From assembly GCA_951406725.2 (NCBI GenBank), contig OX597816.1, positions 129,828,001 through 129,892,000 of the forward strand: DNA of 64,000 bases, written 5' to 3'. Source of the stretch: Octopus vulgaris (taxonomy: Eukaryota). Below are positions 37,861 through 49,821 of the stretch, in pieces; position 1 is the first letter of the stretch, and each line of letters starts with the position of its first letter. The translations under genes and the position numbers were made by a program. The notes under the pieces were generated by a model. It saw nothing but the letters and a program-made list of their open reading frames with translations. It had not been told where the DNA came from and ran no database searches.

Positions 37861-38067
37861 ATTCAAATGCAGATATGCTAATCACTATTGTGTTCGTCTT
37901 TGGAGAACAGTTTCTTCTTTGCGACGACTGTATTCATAACGCACTCTATTCATTAGTACAAGGGATTTGGAGACACCGCTGTTTGGGTATTGTCCAGATA
38001 TTTCTGGCTGACGAGACACAACATGTTGAAACATCGTGTTCCAGAATCCCTTTCTTTTTAGCTTCAG
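37861..38067 (+). other. Candidate exon (207 nt, phase 1-1, open frame), product unknown
   Basis: Acceptor cgttctgcag| and donor CAG|GTCAGT. The frame DSNADMLITIVF...IPFFLASG is stop-free. No recognisable domain. Confidence 0.2.
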
Positions 38068-39801
38068 GTCAGTGTGACCGAGTAGATCTATAGTTAAAGT
38101 TGTTCCAGTCATGCCAATCCCATCTTGTCAGTTCTGCTGCTAAATAAATAAACCAAATTGCGTTTAATGTGTTGCCCGCAATTTAGCAAAAGAGTCGATA
38201 ACAAATACGACTTCAAACTTCTTATTTAACTGAACGTCTGGTACATTTTCAACATGGTCATTATGACAATTTATTCAATAGTATGTGCTCGTGAATGCAT
38301 ACTGTCTGCCACAGATTCTACGACTGTTTTGTTAGATTTAACTAAAGACATTTTCGTAAGAAATTGTTGCTAAGTTATCGAATACAACTAACAAACATTT
38401 CAGTTCTAAATCAGCAATATGGGCTAATTCCTGATTTTCTGTAGTTGACAGATGGTTCGTTTAATTCCAAACCGTAATCCATCTGTTTCTTAAGAATGTA
38501 TGTTATTATTTTATCTGTTTTTTATCCCATTATTCCATATTTGTAAACCAACTGATGTAATGATTCTATTCATGTAATCACGCTCACAAAGAAAGTTACA
38601 ATTCTTTCCACGTTTCTCTTTCTCGGTTTATTTGCTTCCATCTTTCATATTATGTCTTAATATGTGGAATTAAGATGTCATTTGTTCCATTTAGTAACTA
38701 TAGCTTATGTGTGGTTAATGTTATAAGCAAACATCTTATACTTTAGTTTGTTACTTACTCTTCAGAAAAATTATGCAATCGAAACAACCGATTTTGTTAC
38801 ACGAGAAATTGTTTCACCTCACTTGATTTATCATCTGAAATGGATAAGGCTAGAGTTGTAAAGAAAGGAGTAAACGAAAATCGAGTCTGCAGCCAAATTA
38901 TAATTTTTGATTTAAATTATTGGAATCTTGCAGTTATATTCTTTTTCTTTGTAAATATTTGACTTTGTGCCTAAATAAAAACAAAAATATTTAGCATAGA
39001 TCCTATTATAGAGTCAACTTACCCTTATACAGATCCACACATACCTTTCTGCATATAAAACTAACTACATACGTAATATAAGTTGTATGTAAATACATAT
39101 GTAGTATTTAAGGTTGAACAGTTTATAGTAATGCTTCACTGGGCCTTTATTCAGTTCCTCATTTCCTAGTTTATCTCTTATTTTGCTATCGAGCATGAAA
39201 GAATTATTCTATAGCATTACTATAGAATATATTCGTATTAAATACCAGTATATATTTCTTTATAGCATTTGACATCTTAATAATTCCTATTTTCTCTGTT
39301 GTTGTAAATGAAATGAAGTTCATAATTGAATTTTATTCATTCAGATAAAAAGAAAATAGAATACAAGTTAGAATGTAAATATTCTAATAACTAACAGTAA
39401 ATCAGAGGAAGTAGCTGCTGTATAAACGTTTAGCGGAAAGGAATAGTTTTTGTGAAAATAATATGTTAGTGTTTTGGGAAAACAGTTTTTGAAGCAAACG
39501 GAATTTCTGAAGCTGCGATACAAAAGTACAAGAACACTTGGCACTACATCCTTCATTTTCCGTCACAGTCGTTTTGACATGCCGCTATTTTCTGCTTGCT
39601 TCACCGTTGCATTCTGATTAGGTTGCTATTTGCCTGGAACCATCTTGATTACCTTACCTGCACATTACTGGGTCACGTATGACTTAAACTCCAGGTAGCA
39701 TTACTCCATAGATCACAGGAATACAAACTCCATCCATAACAAGGTAAAATGATAAAGAAAGAACGATTACACTTTGACTACAGAATGTCTTATATATAGT
39801 A

Positions 39802-40001
39802 CTAGCAGAAATACCCGTCGTTGACTGGATTCAGAAATTGAAAATTGGTAAAAGCTATGGTTGAAAAGCTATTTTTACCGCTATCCGGAGGTGAATCAGG
39901 AAAAATAAGTTGACAAAAGCACAGCCATGGTTGTGACCAATGTCCTCCTAAAATTGGAGCGATGTGCGTGCTAATTTGTGGACGTGCATAAAGTACATTC
40001 A

Positions 40002-40036
<35 letters not shown>

Positions 40037-40057
40037 CCTGCCTTTTATAGATATAGA
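39802..40057 (-). mobile_element. Complete non-autonomous Helitron (256 bp)
   Basis: Minus strand starts A|TCTATATCTATAAAAGG and ends in hairpin ccagtc-aac-gacggg followed by CTAG|T. Internal (GT)n. A/T target site, no TSD. Confidence 0.85.
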
Positions 40058-40997
40058 TTTCAGTTGAGATACATAAGATCTTTTACATGTTTCAATCGAC
40101 TTTTTATCCTTTCTGTTCTTTGGAATGTCACTTCGGCGAGATGTCGATTTCTCACAAAAAAGCAAAAAAACACAAAAGGTGTTTGTTCATCTTACCACTC
40201 CACTCTTAGATCTTACCTTTCTGTACCCAGCTTTCACTAATCCTGTTTATAGGTAAATGAGAAAGAAAAGTATTCTGGCCTTACAGGCATACATAACAGC
40301 TTTGTGATACATTTTGCTGAGATAAAGTTTTCTCGCTGATTCGACCTGAAATGAAGTCATTAGTGTTGTTAACAATATAGCGTCAGCAGAATAGTCGACC
40401 ATCTAAACGTTCCTTTCGTAAGTAAGGAATCAGTAGATCAACAAACTGAATATCATCGACGAGACCCAATGAGAATCTACCAGTATGATATGTGGCTCTG
40501 GATGAATGAAAGGCCAAGTCGATACAGGACAGAAAATATTTCACATTGACCGTAGGTGTTATGAAATTACCGCTATCGTTGAATTCCGCAGTGGTTTAAA
40601 AGTATTTATCATCATATGAATTATATGTATTCCTTAAATATGAGACGTAATTGTACTTAGCCTAAGACTGCATACCTCATTTGAAAATCATTTTATTATC
40701 TCCACCTCGTAATCGCTTCTACTGCTAAAAGCCGGTCTGACGGTTAACCACCAAGACATTCAATTGATATTTACGTGTATTTTAGCCTCTAGTATAACAT
40801 GGTTATCATCATTACTTTTATCCTCCTGCTCTTCCTACCACTTCTTCTCAGTGCCTTCGTTGTTATCATCACCAATTTAAAATATTTCTTTACTATTCGT
40901 TCAGCTGACAATGAAATCAGATCCAATCAGCCCTGGGTGTGATTACGTCCTAAACTATGAGCTTTAATTCTCCCCCAACTTTCTCCACACATGGTCT

Positions 40998-41054
<57 letters not shown>

Positions 41055-41331
41055 GGAAAAGTAATAGATAGATAAGAAGGAAATGAAGAGAAATAGAGCA
41101 AAAAAATCTGAAAAGTTGTGCAGTGGTTCGGTCGGTTTCTCTAATGTCGAAAGCTGATACACGAAAACCTTCCGATTATTTCATCTGACTGCTGCAGTCA
41201 CTCTATTGATTTCGCACTATCCTATTACACCACAGATCAATTATTATAAAAAGACAACACTAAACCCATATTGTTTGTGAGCTACAGTACTGCGGAACTT
41301 TTCCTTTATATATATACACATATAAATACAG

Positions 41332-41376
<45 letters not shown>

Positions 41377-41382
41377 TACATA

Positions 41383-41773
41383 TAGGCGTATCGGTGGCTG
41401 TGTGGTAAGTAGCTTGCTTACCAACCAAATGGTTCCGGGTTCAGTCCCACTGCGTGGCACCTTGGGCAAGTGTCTTCTAGTATAGCCTCGGGCCGACCAA
41501 AGCCTTGTGAGTGGATTTGGTGGACGGAAACTGAAAGAAGCTCGTCGTATATATGTATGTGTGTGTATATGTTCGTGTGTCTGTGTTTGTGCACCCAACA
41601 TCGCTTGACAATCGATGCTGGTGTGTTTACGTCCCTGTAACTTAGCAGTTCGGTAAAAGAGACCGATAGAATAAGTACTAGAGTTACAAAGAATAAGTCC
41701 TGGGGTCGATTTGCTCGACTGAAGGCGATGCTCCAGCATGGCCACAGTCACATGACTGAAACAAGTAAAAGAG

Positions 41774-41775
<2 letters not shown>
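41383..41775 (+). mobile_element. Family-A SINE, full length, young
   Basis: Very similar to 63121-63535. Confidence 0.92.
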
Positions 41776-41856
<81 letters not shown>

Positions 41857-41928
41857 CTATATATATATACACATAATGGATATTATCTGGTAGTTGATTA
41901 AGGTGTATTCCTCCATTTTCTTATTTTG

Positions 41929-41989
<61 letters not shown>

Positions 41990-42007
41990 ACACACATATA
42001 TATATAT

Positions 42008-42422
42008 GATCATTTGTGATCATTTCTAACAATTCGCGTAAGAGTCCGACGCTCCCTATCTGAAAGTTTGGGTTTTCTTCCGGAGTTTTGCTTCGACGAG
42101 GAGGTTTTTTTCCTCTTTCTCAAAGGCCGTCATTACTTTTGAGACAGTACTTCTTGATACACCAATCATTTCGGCTGTTTTCGTTACGCTACCGCCTGCC
42201 ATACGAGTACCAACAATTTGACCTCTTTGAAAGTCCGATAGATCTGGCATCTTAATGATCTTTTCTGATGATATCTGAAAAGAAACAGCAATTTTAGCAA
42301 AACATATTAAGCAACACTAATAATAACTAAAAAAAACAACATAAAAATACAAACTTTTAACGGTTTTGTAGATATTTCAAAATTATGGTGCTTGGTGTTT
42401 CCATTATTTTGTCCAACCCCTG
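42008..42422 (-). mobile_element. Tc1 transposon 5' fragment (TIR plus transposase HTH)
   Basis: TA|caggggttggacaaaataatggaaacacc TIR. MPDLSDFQRGQIVGTRMAGGSVTKTAEMIGVSRSTVSKVMTAFEKE, frameshift, then TSSSKQNSGRKPKLSDRERRTLTRIVRNDHK (GRKPK AT-hook-like motif). Confidence 0.9.
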
Positions 42423-42904
42423 TATATATATATATATCTATATATACATATAGACACACACACATATTGCACCTTTTCATAAAGGCCTCATATTTAAATT
42501 TCAGATATGCCATGTGAAGTGCCTGTATATGTGTACTCGCCTATCTGTGTTTATATTCGTGTGTGTACGTGCGTGTGTGCTAGTGGGGAGTAAGAAAATG
42601 CTTTCAATTCTAAATAATGAGCTATATCGATTGAAATCTGTTCGAGAACTCCTTGTAATTTGAACATTGCGCCTGCCTCCTATTTCTCTACTCGAAACAA
42701 TTAGGATACATCAAACACATCTGTGTGTAAATATCAACGGGGTAATTGTATAAATGAACTTTAATGTAAGCCGACAGGAATCTTCTGAAATAGGTATTCA
42801 TGTTTTGACTATCTAAAAAGAAAAACCGATAAGAAGAAACTATTGCTGTGACAAATTTTGCTCTTAGCATCCTATAAATATTTCGACACCAATCTTCCGT
42901 TTTC

Positions 42905-42933
42905 GGTGATGATGATGATGACGATTTTGTTGA

Positions 42934-42964
<31 letters not shown>

Positions 42965-43030
42965 GGTGGTGGTGGTAGCGGCGGTGGTGGTGGTAGCGGC
43001 GGTGGTGGTGGTGGTTGTAGTGGTGGTGGT
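42905..43030. repeat. Compound (GAT)n(GTT)n(GTG)n trinucleotide repeat
   Basis: Direct reading. Confidence 0.9.
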
Positions 43031-43031
43031 A

Positions 43032-43465
43032 AGGCGGTGAGTTGTCAGAATCGTTAGCGCATCTGACAAAATGTTTAGCGACATTTCTTCCGGCTCTACC
43101 TTCTAGGTTCAAATCCCACCGAGGTCAGCTTTGTCTTTCATTCTTTCGAGGTTTATAACATAAAGTTCCAATCAAGTAATAGGGTTTGATGTAACCAATT
43201 TACCCTCGCCCCTCAAAATTGCTGGTTTCCTGCCAAAATTAGAATGGATTATGTAAGGAGGCGAGCCGGCAGAATCTTTGCCAAGCCGGATAAAATGCTT
43301 AGTGGCATTTCTTCCGGCATTTCTAAGTTCAAATTCCGCCGAGTTCGGTTTTGCCTTTCATACTTTCAAGAGCGATAAAATGAGTATCAGTTGAGCACTG
43401 GGATTGTTGTAATCGACCAGCTCTCTCCCCACAGATTTCAGGCTCTGTGCCTATAGTAGAAAACA
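43032..43465 (+). mobile_element. Two tandem family-B SINEs
   Basis: Two heads, at about 43032 and 43256, each followed by a Meta domain and tail. Confidence 0.85.
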
Positions 43466-43542
43466 TGATTATTATTGTTATTGCTGTTGTTTCTATTGTT
43501 TGTGTTATTTCTGATGGCGACACTCCTACTGCTGTTGTTGCT

Positions 43543-43922
43543 TGTTTGTTGAGTGAAGCGGTCTTCGTCCTCTTGGGAGAAGTCCGAAACGTGGTCCTTT
43601 GCTATTCGTAAGACCCGCAAAAGAGAAAGCAGGTCAACCCCCGACACCGAGAGCATCGACGGATGGATGAATGCGCATCCAGGCTCAGCGGTTGCGTAGG
43701 AAATCGGGGACAAGAAACAGTGAGAGAAAGTTGGAGAGAAAGAGTGAGAGAAAGTTGGAGCGAAAGAGTACAACAGGGGTCGCCACCACCCCCTGCCGGA
43801 GCCTCGTGGAACTTAAGGTGTTTTCGCTCAATAAACACACACAACGCCCAGTCTGGGAATCGAAACCGCGATCCTCCGACCACGAGTCCGCTGCCCTAAC
43901 CATTGGGCCATTGCGCCTCCAC
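43543..43922 (-). mobile_element. tRNA-derived SINE, family-D head with a different 3' tail
   Basis: ggaggcgcaatggcccaatggttagggcagcggactcgtggtcggaggatcgcggtttcgattccc. (CAA)-rich tail and an imperfect ~12-bp TSD. Confidence 0.85.
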
Positions 43923-43924
43923 CG

Positions 43925-44497
43925 CTGTTGCTACTTTTAGCGTAGCTACTGTGGCTGCACTCCCTCGTTGGTGTTCTTGCTATTTATGTAGTTGGATGTT
44001 GTTGTGGTGATGTCGGCAGAAGTTGGGTTCTTTCCTCTTCCCGCCTTTGTTGTGAATATAGTTTGTGTCACCGCACCTCAGCAACTACGTACAGTCTTTT
44101 ACCGCCTGGTAGACTGATCAGGTTCGGGATCAGGTTTCCATATTTCTTCATTTGTTTGGATCGACAGCTTCATCCCTTGGCCCGACCAATTTTCTTTCTC
44201 CTGCCTCTGAACGTGCAGGATGTTAGCTTTGAACTTTTATGTCGAAGAGGACCTCCACCACCAAACATCATTTACTTCTTGTGGGCACATTGACAATCTT
44301 TATCCTTACTACCCTAAAGTCAACGTAGATTGGTACAAGAACCAGTTCGTCAGTCTTTAGTGTTGCTTCCCGGTTTCATCCTCAGTCAAGTATTTTATCT
44401 CCGTCGTGCCAATTTTCCCCCCTAGCAATATGCGTTTTGATGTCCCAGATTGATCTGAAAGACTTTTCTTTTTGCTGATCTATCACTTGCTCTATTT

Positions 44498-44533
<36 letters not shown>

Positions 44534-44900
44534 GTTTCTATTGTCTTATATGTTAAATTTGTTTTGTGTCGGGTGGATTCTGGAATGTTTAATTCTGCGT
44601 TTCGCTTAAACCTCCTGAGAAGACCTTTAACATTTCTAATGTTTTGAGACGGTTCTCCTGTCGCACGACGTTTGCTAAACCGGTGACTCGGGATTTGTTA
44701 ATTGCAGTGTCTTGATTTTCATTTGTGTTGCTCTTTAGAAATGGTGGTGGTGATGGTGGTGATGGTGGGATTTTCAGGTGTGTTGAATCGACAATTGTCC
44801 TCTCTCTGTCTTTCATGCTTATTGTCGTCGCCGTCATCGTCTTCTTGTTTCAATCGGCACTGGTGGTAGCAGTTGTGGTAGTGATGCTTTCACGTGTTTT
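43925..44900 (-). pseudogene. Degraded Tx1/L1-type ORF1, distant relative of 10960-12145
   Basis: LKTDELVLVPIYVDFRVVRIKIVNVP aligns by eye with PLKTK.VVLLPTYMGRRTARIKVAEVP. LIPNLISLPGGKRLYVVAE aligns with MLPD.VLLGEDIVLRIYAE. Confidence 0.7.
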
Positions 44901-45094
44901 TTCATTTGTACTGTTTTCGTCGATCTTGCTGTAGTTGACATTCCATTGTTGTTCACACATTTTCTGCTAAAAGGTAGTGCGAAACTGGGTTAACATGAAA
45001 TGAAAGTAAATTGTCCGAACAAAATGAAAGTTATTTGCGATAGAAACTAAAGGTGACAACATTGACATTCCATAATTTCATGTAAATAATATAT

Positions 45095-45507
45095 ATTTCT
45101 TTACTGCCCACAAGGGGCTAAACATAGAGGGGACAAACAAGGACAGACAAAGGGATTAAGTCGATTACATCGACCCCAGTGTGTAACTGGTACTTTATTT
45201 ATCGACCCCGAAAGGATGAAAGGCAAAGTCGACCTCAGCGGAATATGAACTCAGAACGTAACTGCAGACTAAATACCTATTTCTTTACTACCCACAAGGG
45301 GCTAAACACAGAGAGGACAAACAAGGACAGACAAACGGATTAAGTCGATTATATCGATCCCAGTACGTAACTGGTACTTATTTAATCGACCCCGAAAGAT
45401 GAAAGGCAAAGTCGACCTCGGCGGAATTTGAACTCAGAACGTAACGGCAGACGAAATACGGCTACGCATTTCGCCCGGCGTGATAAAGTTTCTGCCAGCT
45501 CGCCGCC
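45095..45507 (-). mobile_element. Dimeric family-B SINE variant with LINE-like 3' tail, bounded by one TSD
   Basis: Full monomer (45507-45278) plus a 5'-truncated monomer (45277-45095). Perfect 17-bp TSD tcatgtaaataatatat at 45078-45094 and 45508-45524. Confidence 0.9.
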
Positions 45508-45589
45508 TCATGTAAATAATATATGTAACATAACGAATGTATGGAACGTACATTTAATATAACATGACTACTGTACATATATTTTACAT

Positions 45590-45870
45590 AATAAGTCATT
45601 GATGCATGAAATAAGGTTCTCGAATAGCTTTTCTCATCTCTAAATTTGTTTGGCTACACATACTCATAAAGATATGATGTAAATAAATCATCACTAGTCC
45701 CACATTGTCGCCTTAGTTTCTTCTCGGCGAATATCCATCACCCTTCTATAGTCTGTGTGTGGATGTTGTCATCATTTGGATCAACAAAATTGAGTGAATG
45801 GTTGACTACTTTACAAGTATAGAAGTTGCCGAAACATACATAAGAAGCGCAACTATCAAATATCAAACGC
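45590..45870 (-). pseudogene. Merlin (IS1595/ISXO2-like) transposase remnant
   Basis: IFDSCASYVCFGNFYTCKVVNHSLNFVDPNDDNIHTQTIEG*WIFAEKKLRRQCGTSDDLFTSYLYEYV, carrying the VNHS..FVDP..HTQ.IE.W..K..SYL.E signature. Confidence 0.88.
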
Positions 45871-46449
45871 GTTTATGAAATTTTGGTATGTCATTTCCGT
45901 TTTCTATCTCAATTTACTTTAATTTTGTATAGGACAATTTAGTTTCACTTTTTTACCACTGCAAACTGCATGTTAACTGGAAATCGGCAATGTATTAGTA
46001 GTTTGAACAGCTACCTGCACCCTGGATTTGCGAAGCCATGTTAAATAAAAAAAAAATAAATCAAACTCAGTTTAAAAGCTTCAAAATATCCCCGAGAAGC
46101 CGAAAACTTCGTAAAGCCAACTAACCTCGGAGGATGCTGGTTGGTTCAATAACAAAATTGCACAACAAAAACCAAAATTACTCTCTTTAAAACAACGAAA
46201 TTCAATAATAGCTTACAAGCTCCTAAACGACGTCTTTCTTTGCAAACACAACGAATAGGCACAAGGCTTGAAATTTTGAGGAAAGAGTTAGTGCTCAACT
46301 GGTGCTTATTTCATCGACCCTGTGCGTCTCTACTTTCTGGATTCAAATCCTGTCAAGATCTTGCTTTTCAGCTTTCCGCGTTTGATAAACTAAACTCACA
46401 CATCCAATCCCATTTACTCACCAATATAGATTCGTACATGTTTGAAAAC

Positions 46450-47400
46450 ATTATTGCTTGTTTGTTCATGTGGACTCATGCACTGAGGTTACGGCATCTA
46501 CAAAGATCAGTTGAAGAGAAGTTCATATGGGCATTCATTTGTAAAGAAGGCGTCATCATACATTATGTCATTGGCAAAGTAGAAATTATGGATAAAACAT
46601 ACACCAAGGATAGAAGTTTAGCACAGGAATATTGCCAGGTGTAGTCCACTGACTGGATAGTGAAGCCAGTGGTCTGGTGCCCCTTGCATATTGCAGGATA
46701 GTTTAATGGAGGGCAAGAGCTATGGTGGTCCGTGGGTTATACTGGTTTGCGACGAAGATACATTAAAAAGACCATTGTAGAGCAATTTTAACTGAATTCT
46801 GGAAATTCTTGACATGATAGTGCTACAGAGAAACAATACCTGTTGATGACAAAATATACAGGTACAACAGTTCGAGTGACAAAATATGTTTGAGAGTCGG
46901 TGGAGCAGATGAAACGCTTATAAGGTCTTGTCGGCTGTTCTTGACTCACCTGCATGGGTCATGTGAAACGAACCCAGTTACCACTGGATTCATAGTGAAA
47001 TTTCTGCCGCTGCCTTGCTTTGATTAATAAGGTCAAGCAGTATTTTTGTGCCTGGTGGCTATAACAAAAGAGGGATTGCGGTGGGAGAGATCTAAATATT
47101 TGAAGTCAAGGAGTGTTTCCCTTTCCAAATAACCCTTAAATGTCTTCTTCCAAAATCACTTGAATTAGGTGAGGATGGAGCATGAAGTTCTAACCTCCTG
47201 TAAATTTTATGAAAGTTGAAGGGTGTCTGTGGATGGACAGTTCAGCTCTCAGATTTCTCATTGGAGCTTGCAACAGAGAGAACGTACGTTCCTTTGTGTT
47301 AGGGATCATTGTCTACTGCTTTGGCCTCACGTATGCAACTGTTCCCTATTGCTGGATATTTTTATCATAGCTCATTGTAACAACAATCTTGGTTCCTTTT
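46450..47400 (-). mobile_element. Possible highly degraded LINE fragment
   Basis: Coding-like composition with only patchy peptide resemblance to APE-type LINE ORF2 (SPNSSD, AEIS, PPLNYP). Confidence 0.25.
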
Positions 47401-47929
47401 TTTTTTCCAATGTTATTCTTTTGATTCCCTTGTGGCAAATGAAGAAATTATAATAAAATTTACTACTACTATTACTAGAAGTACTATTATTACTAATTCT
47501 ATTATTATTGATATTGTTTGCCATGAACGGACACCATTAACAGAACACCTGGGAAAAAATTGGATTTTAACATATTCACATAACGGAAATGAGGTTTTCG
47601 ATTTATTTTGCCAACAAACGGCGTCAGGAAATTTGAACAGCCATTCCATTATCCTGGTTTAAAAAAGTATCCGGTTTTTGACCATTTTTAATGATATTAT
47701 GTTCAAATGGCCACTTCAGGGAAACGAAAAGAACCACAAACGCTATAGCAACGAATACGCCCCCAATAGTTTAAAAGATTTTAAAAAAAGAGAACACCAT
47801 GAAAAAATTATAGCAATTAAACAAATGCTTCTATGTTGTGTGAAGGACTTTAAACCTGTGTTTATTGATAATTTTTATTTCTCGACATCAAAACCTATTT
47901 TCTTTCTTCTTTCCTTTATAGCATATCAT

Positions 47930-48565
47930 TTGCTGATTGTTGAGCAGTGTTGTATTTGGTAAGAGCTCTAGATTAGGCAAATTTCTTTCTTTGCGTTCTG
48001 AAGAGAACATGCCTACTTGTTGGCTCTATTAAAAACATCAAGGAAAACTTTTCCTCTCGAATCAGATGTCACCTTGGATGAAGTTTCTTTTATCTGATAC
48101 TAAGATTAATTAATTTGGTCGACATACTGCTCCAGGTGTTGAATTCATTGCTGGTTGCATGATGAATCTCCTGGCTGAGTGTGTTCGTATTGAAGCTAGC
48201 AATCTACATTATTTCAAGATTTTTGTCGGCAAATATTTTCAATTGGGATCAGTACTTGAGTGTGCATGGCAAAAGTTTTTGGCTCTTCTTTGCTTGAATG
48301 CATTACATCTGTCATACTGTTCTAGTGTCAAAGTTGCTGAAGACTGGATGGTGAACAAGCACAGAAAATTGTAGCATAGAAGTTCTCATTTTATTTGTAG
48401 ACTACTAGACAACAGAAGTCTTCCAAGTTCCCATTCCAACCAACATCGTCTTCTAAGAAGCATCTTCTCTGACAAGTCCAACAGTTGCACAGATATAACA
48501 AGCGACAGTTTTGAAGTCCTGGAATGAGGTTGGAACATGAATATCGTACAGGAGTTGTCTGAGAT
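47930..48565 (-). pseudogene. Helitron RepHel remnant (linker and start of the Pif1 helicase)
   Basis: LLYDIHVPTSFQDFKTV (cf. LL..V.GPTSFEDLKTV), LLEDDVGW, FYATIFCACSPSSLQQL, VFLD. Many frameshifts. Confidence 0.7.
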
Positions 48566-48774
48566 TTAAATAATGTTTTTAAAGTTCGTCATTTAAAAAT
48601 CATATCTTCAAAATGTTAGTATGCAGTTTCAAATATCATAGAAGATAGAAAAAAAATTTTTTTTTTCATTGTTTCCCCTTGTACATATTGCTATCAAATC
48701 TGGTCTACTTAAAATGCTCTATCAGTATCTAACAAAACCCACAAGACAAGTTTATTCACGCAAACTCACACAGT

Positions 48775-49130
48775 ATATATTGGTTTCATATTTTGGCACA
48801 AGGCCAATAATTTTGGCAGAGAGGATAAATCGATTACAACTGGTACTTATTTTATCGACCCTGGAAGAAATGCCACTTCGCATTTTGTCCAGCGCGGTAA
48901 CGATTCTGCCAGCTAACCGCCCTTATACACAGTTTATATTGGTTTCGAATTCTTACACAAGGCCAGCAAGTTCAGGCCGGGAACTAGTCGATTACTTGTT
49001 TTACCGACCCCGAAAGGATGAAAAGCAAAGTCGATCCTGGCGGAATTTGAACTTAGAACGTAAAGACAGATGAATTACTGCTAAGCATTTTGCCCGGCGT
49101 GCGAACGATTCTGCCACTTCATTGCCTTAT
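48775..49130 (-). mobile_element. Tandem family-B SINEs with internal deletions
   Basis: Two units, each with tatattggtttc..cacaaggcc tail and ..gattctgcca..cgcc head. Confidence 0.8.
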
Positions 49131-49324
49131 TTATATACAGTAAATATTGGAATGCTGTCGTTATTAAAATTCATTATTTAAAAAGTCATAGCTTCGAAAA
49201 GTTATTATGCGGTCTTATACTATAGATTTTAAAAAAAATACTTTTTCATTGTTTTATGATTAAAATTATTTAAGCTTCTAAAATACTCAAGCATTGTGCC
49301 CTGTGAACACGACTATTAATTTTT

Positions 49325-49821
49325 CAGTGGCGGCTTGTTTATAGGCACTGCAGAACTGCAGCACCTCCTATTTACACTCGATATTATCGATAAAATTGAA
49401 TATAATGAGTCCTTTGTTTTTAAATTCTTTCTTTATACTTGTACATTATATTATCCTTAAGCTTAATGCCAGTAGCCATCCCCTAGTTTATGAACTGTGC
49501 GCTTCATAGTTCCAGCGACGCGGTGTTTGGCTGTTGTGCGCATGCTCAAATGTCCGAGATGGGAAGCTGCACGCTAGGGAGAGAGAGAGTGCTGTGGTTC
49601 ACGCAGTTCCGACCCTGGTGTGCTGGCGAAAGGTAGTGTTTCTTTTTGACTCTGCGTATGATGTACTTAAAAACGTGATTATATTTTTGAATGTGATAAA
49701 GTGTAGAATTAGATTATTATCCTGTTGCTGCCAGGATTTGAAAAATATTTACGCAATATTAAAACGGCTAAAAATTTTCTGAAGCAGCACCCCCACTAAT
49801 TTTATCTACAAGCCGCCACTG
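49325..49821 (+). mobile_element. hAT-like MITE with 14-bp perfect TIRs
   Basis: cagtggcggcttgt ... acaagccgccactg. No clear TSD. Second copy at 32647-33075. Confidence 0.8.

Noticed and set aside
41260-41856. 198-aa ORF and similar peptides elsewhere (RRASFSFRLPNPLTRLWSARGYSRRHLPKVP)
   Set aside because: Antisense translation of the family-A SINE plus microsatellites.
42858-43112. His-, Thr- and Val-rich ORFs
   Set aside because: Translations of a (GTG)n/(GAT)n repeat plus an adjacent SINE. No coding evidence.
45590-45870. Bacterial IS contamination or recent horizontal transfer
   Set aside because: Degenerate, embedded among host SINEs, and consistent with the known eukaryotic Merlin superfamily.
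46240-46644. 134-aa ORF
   Set aside because: Begins in SINE fragments with a non-ATG start and has no recognisable domain.
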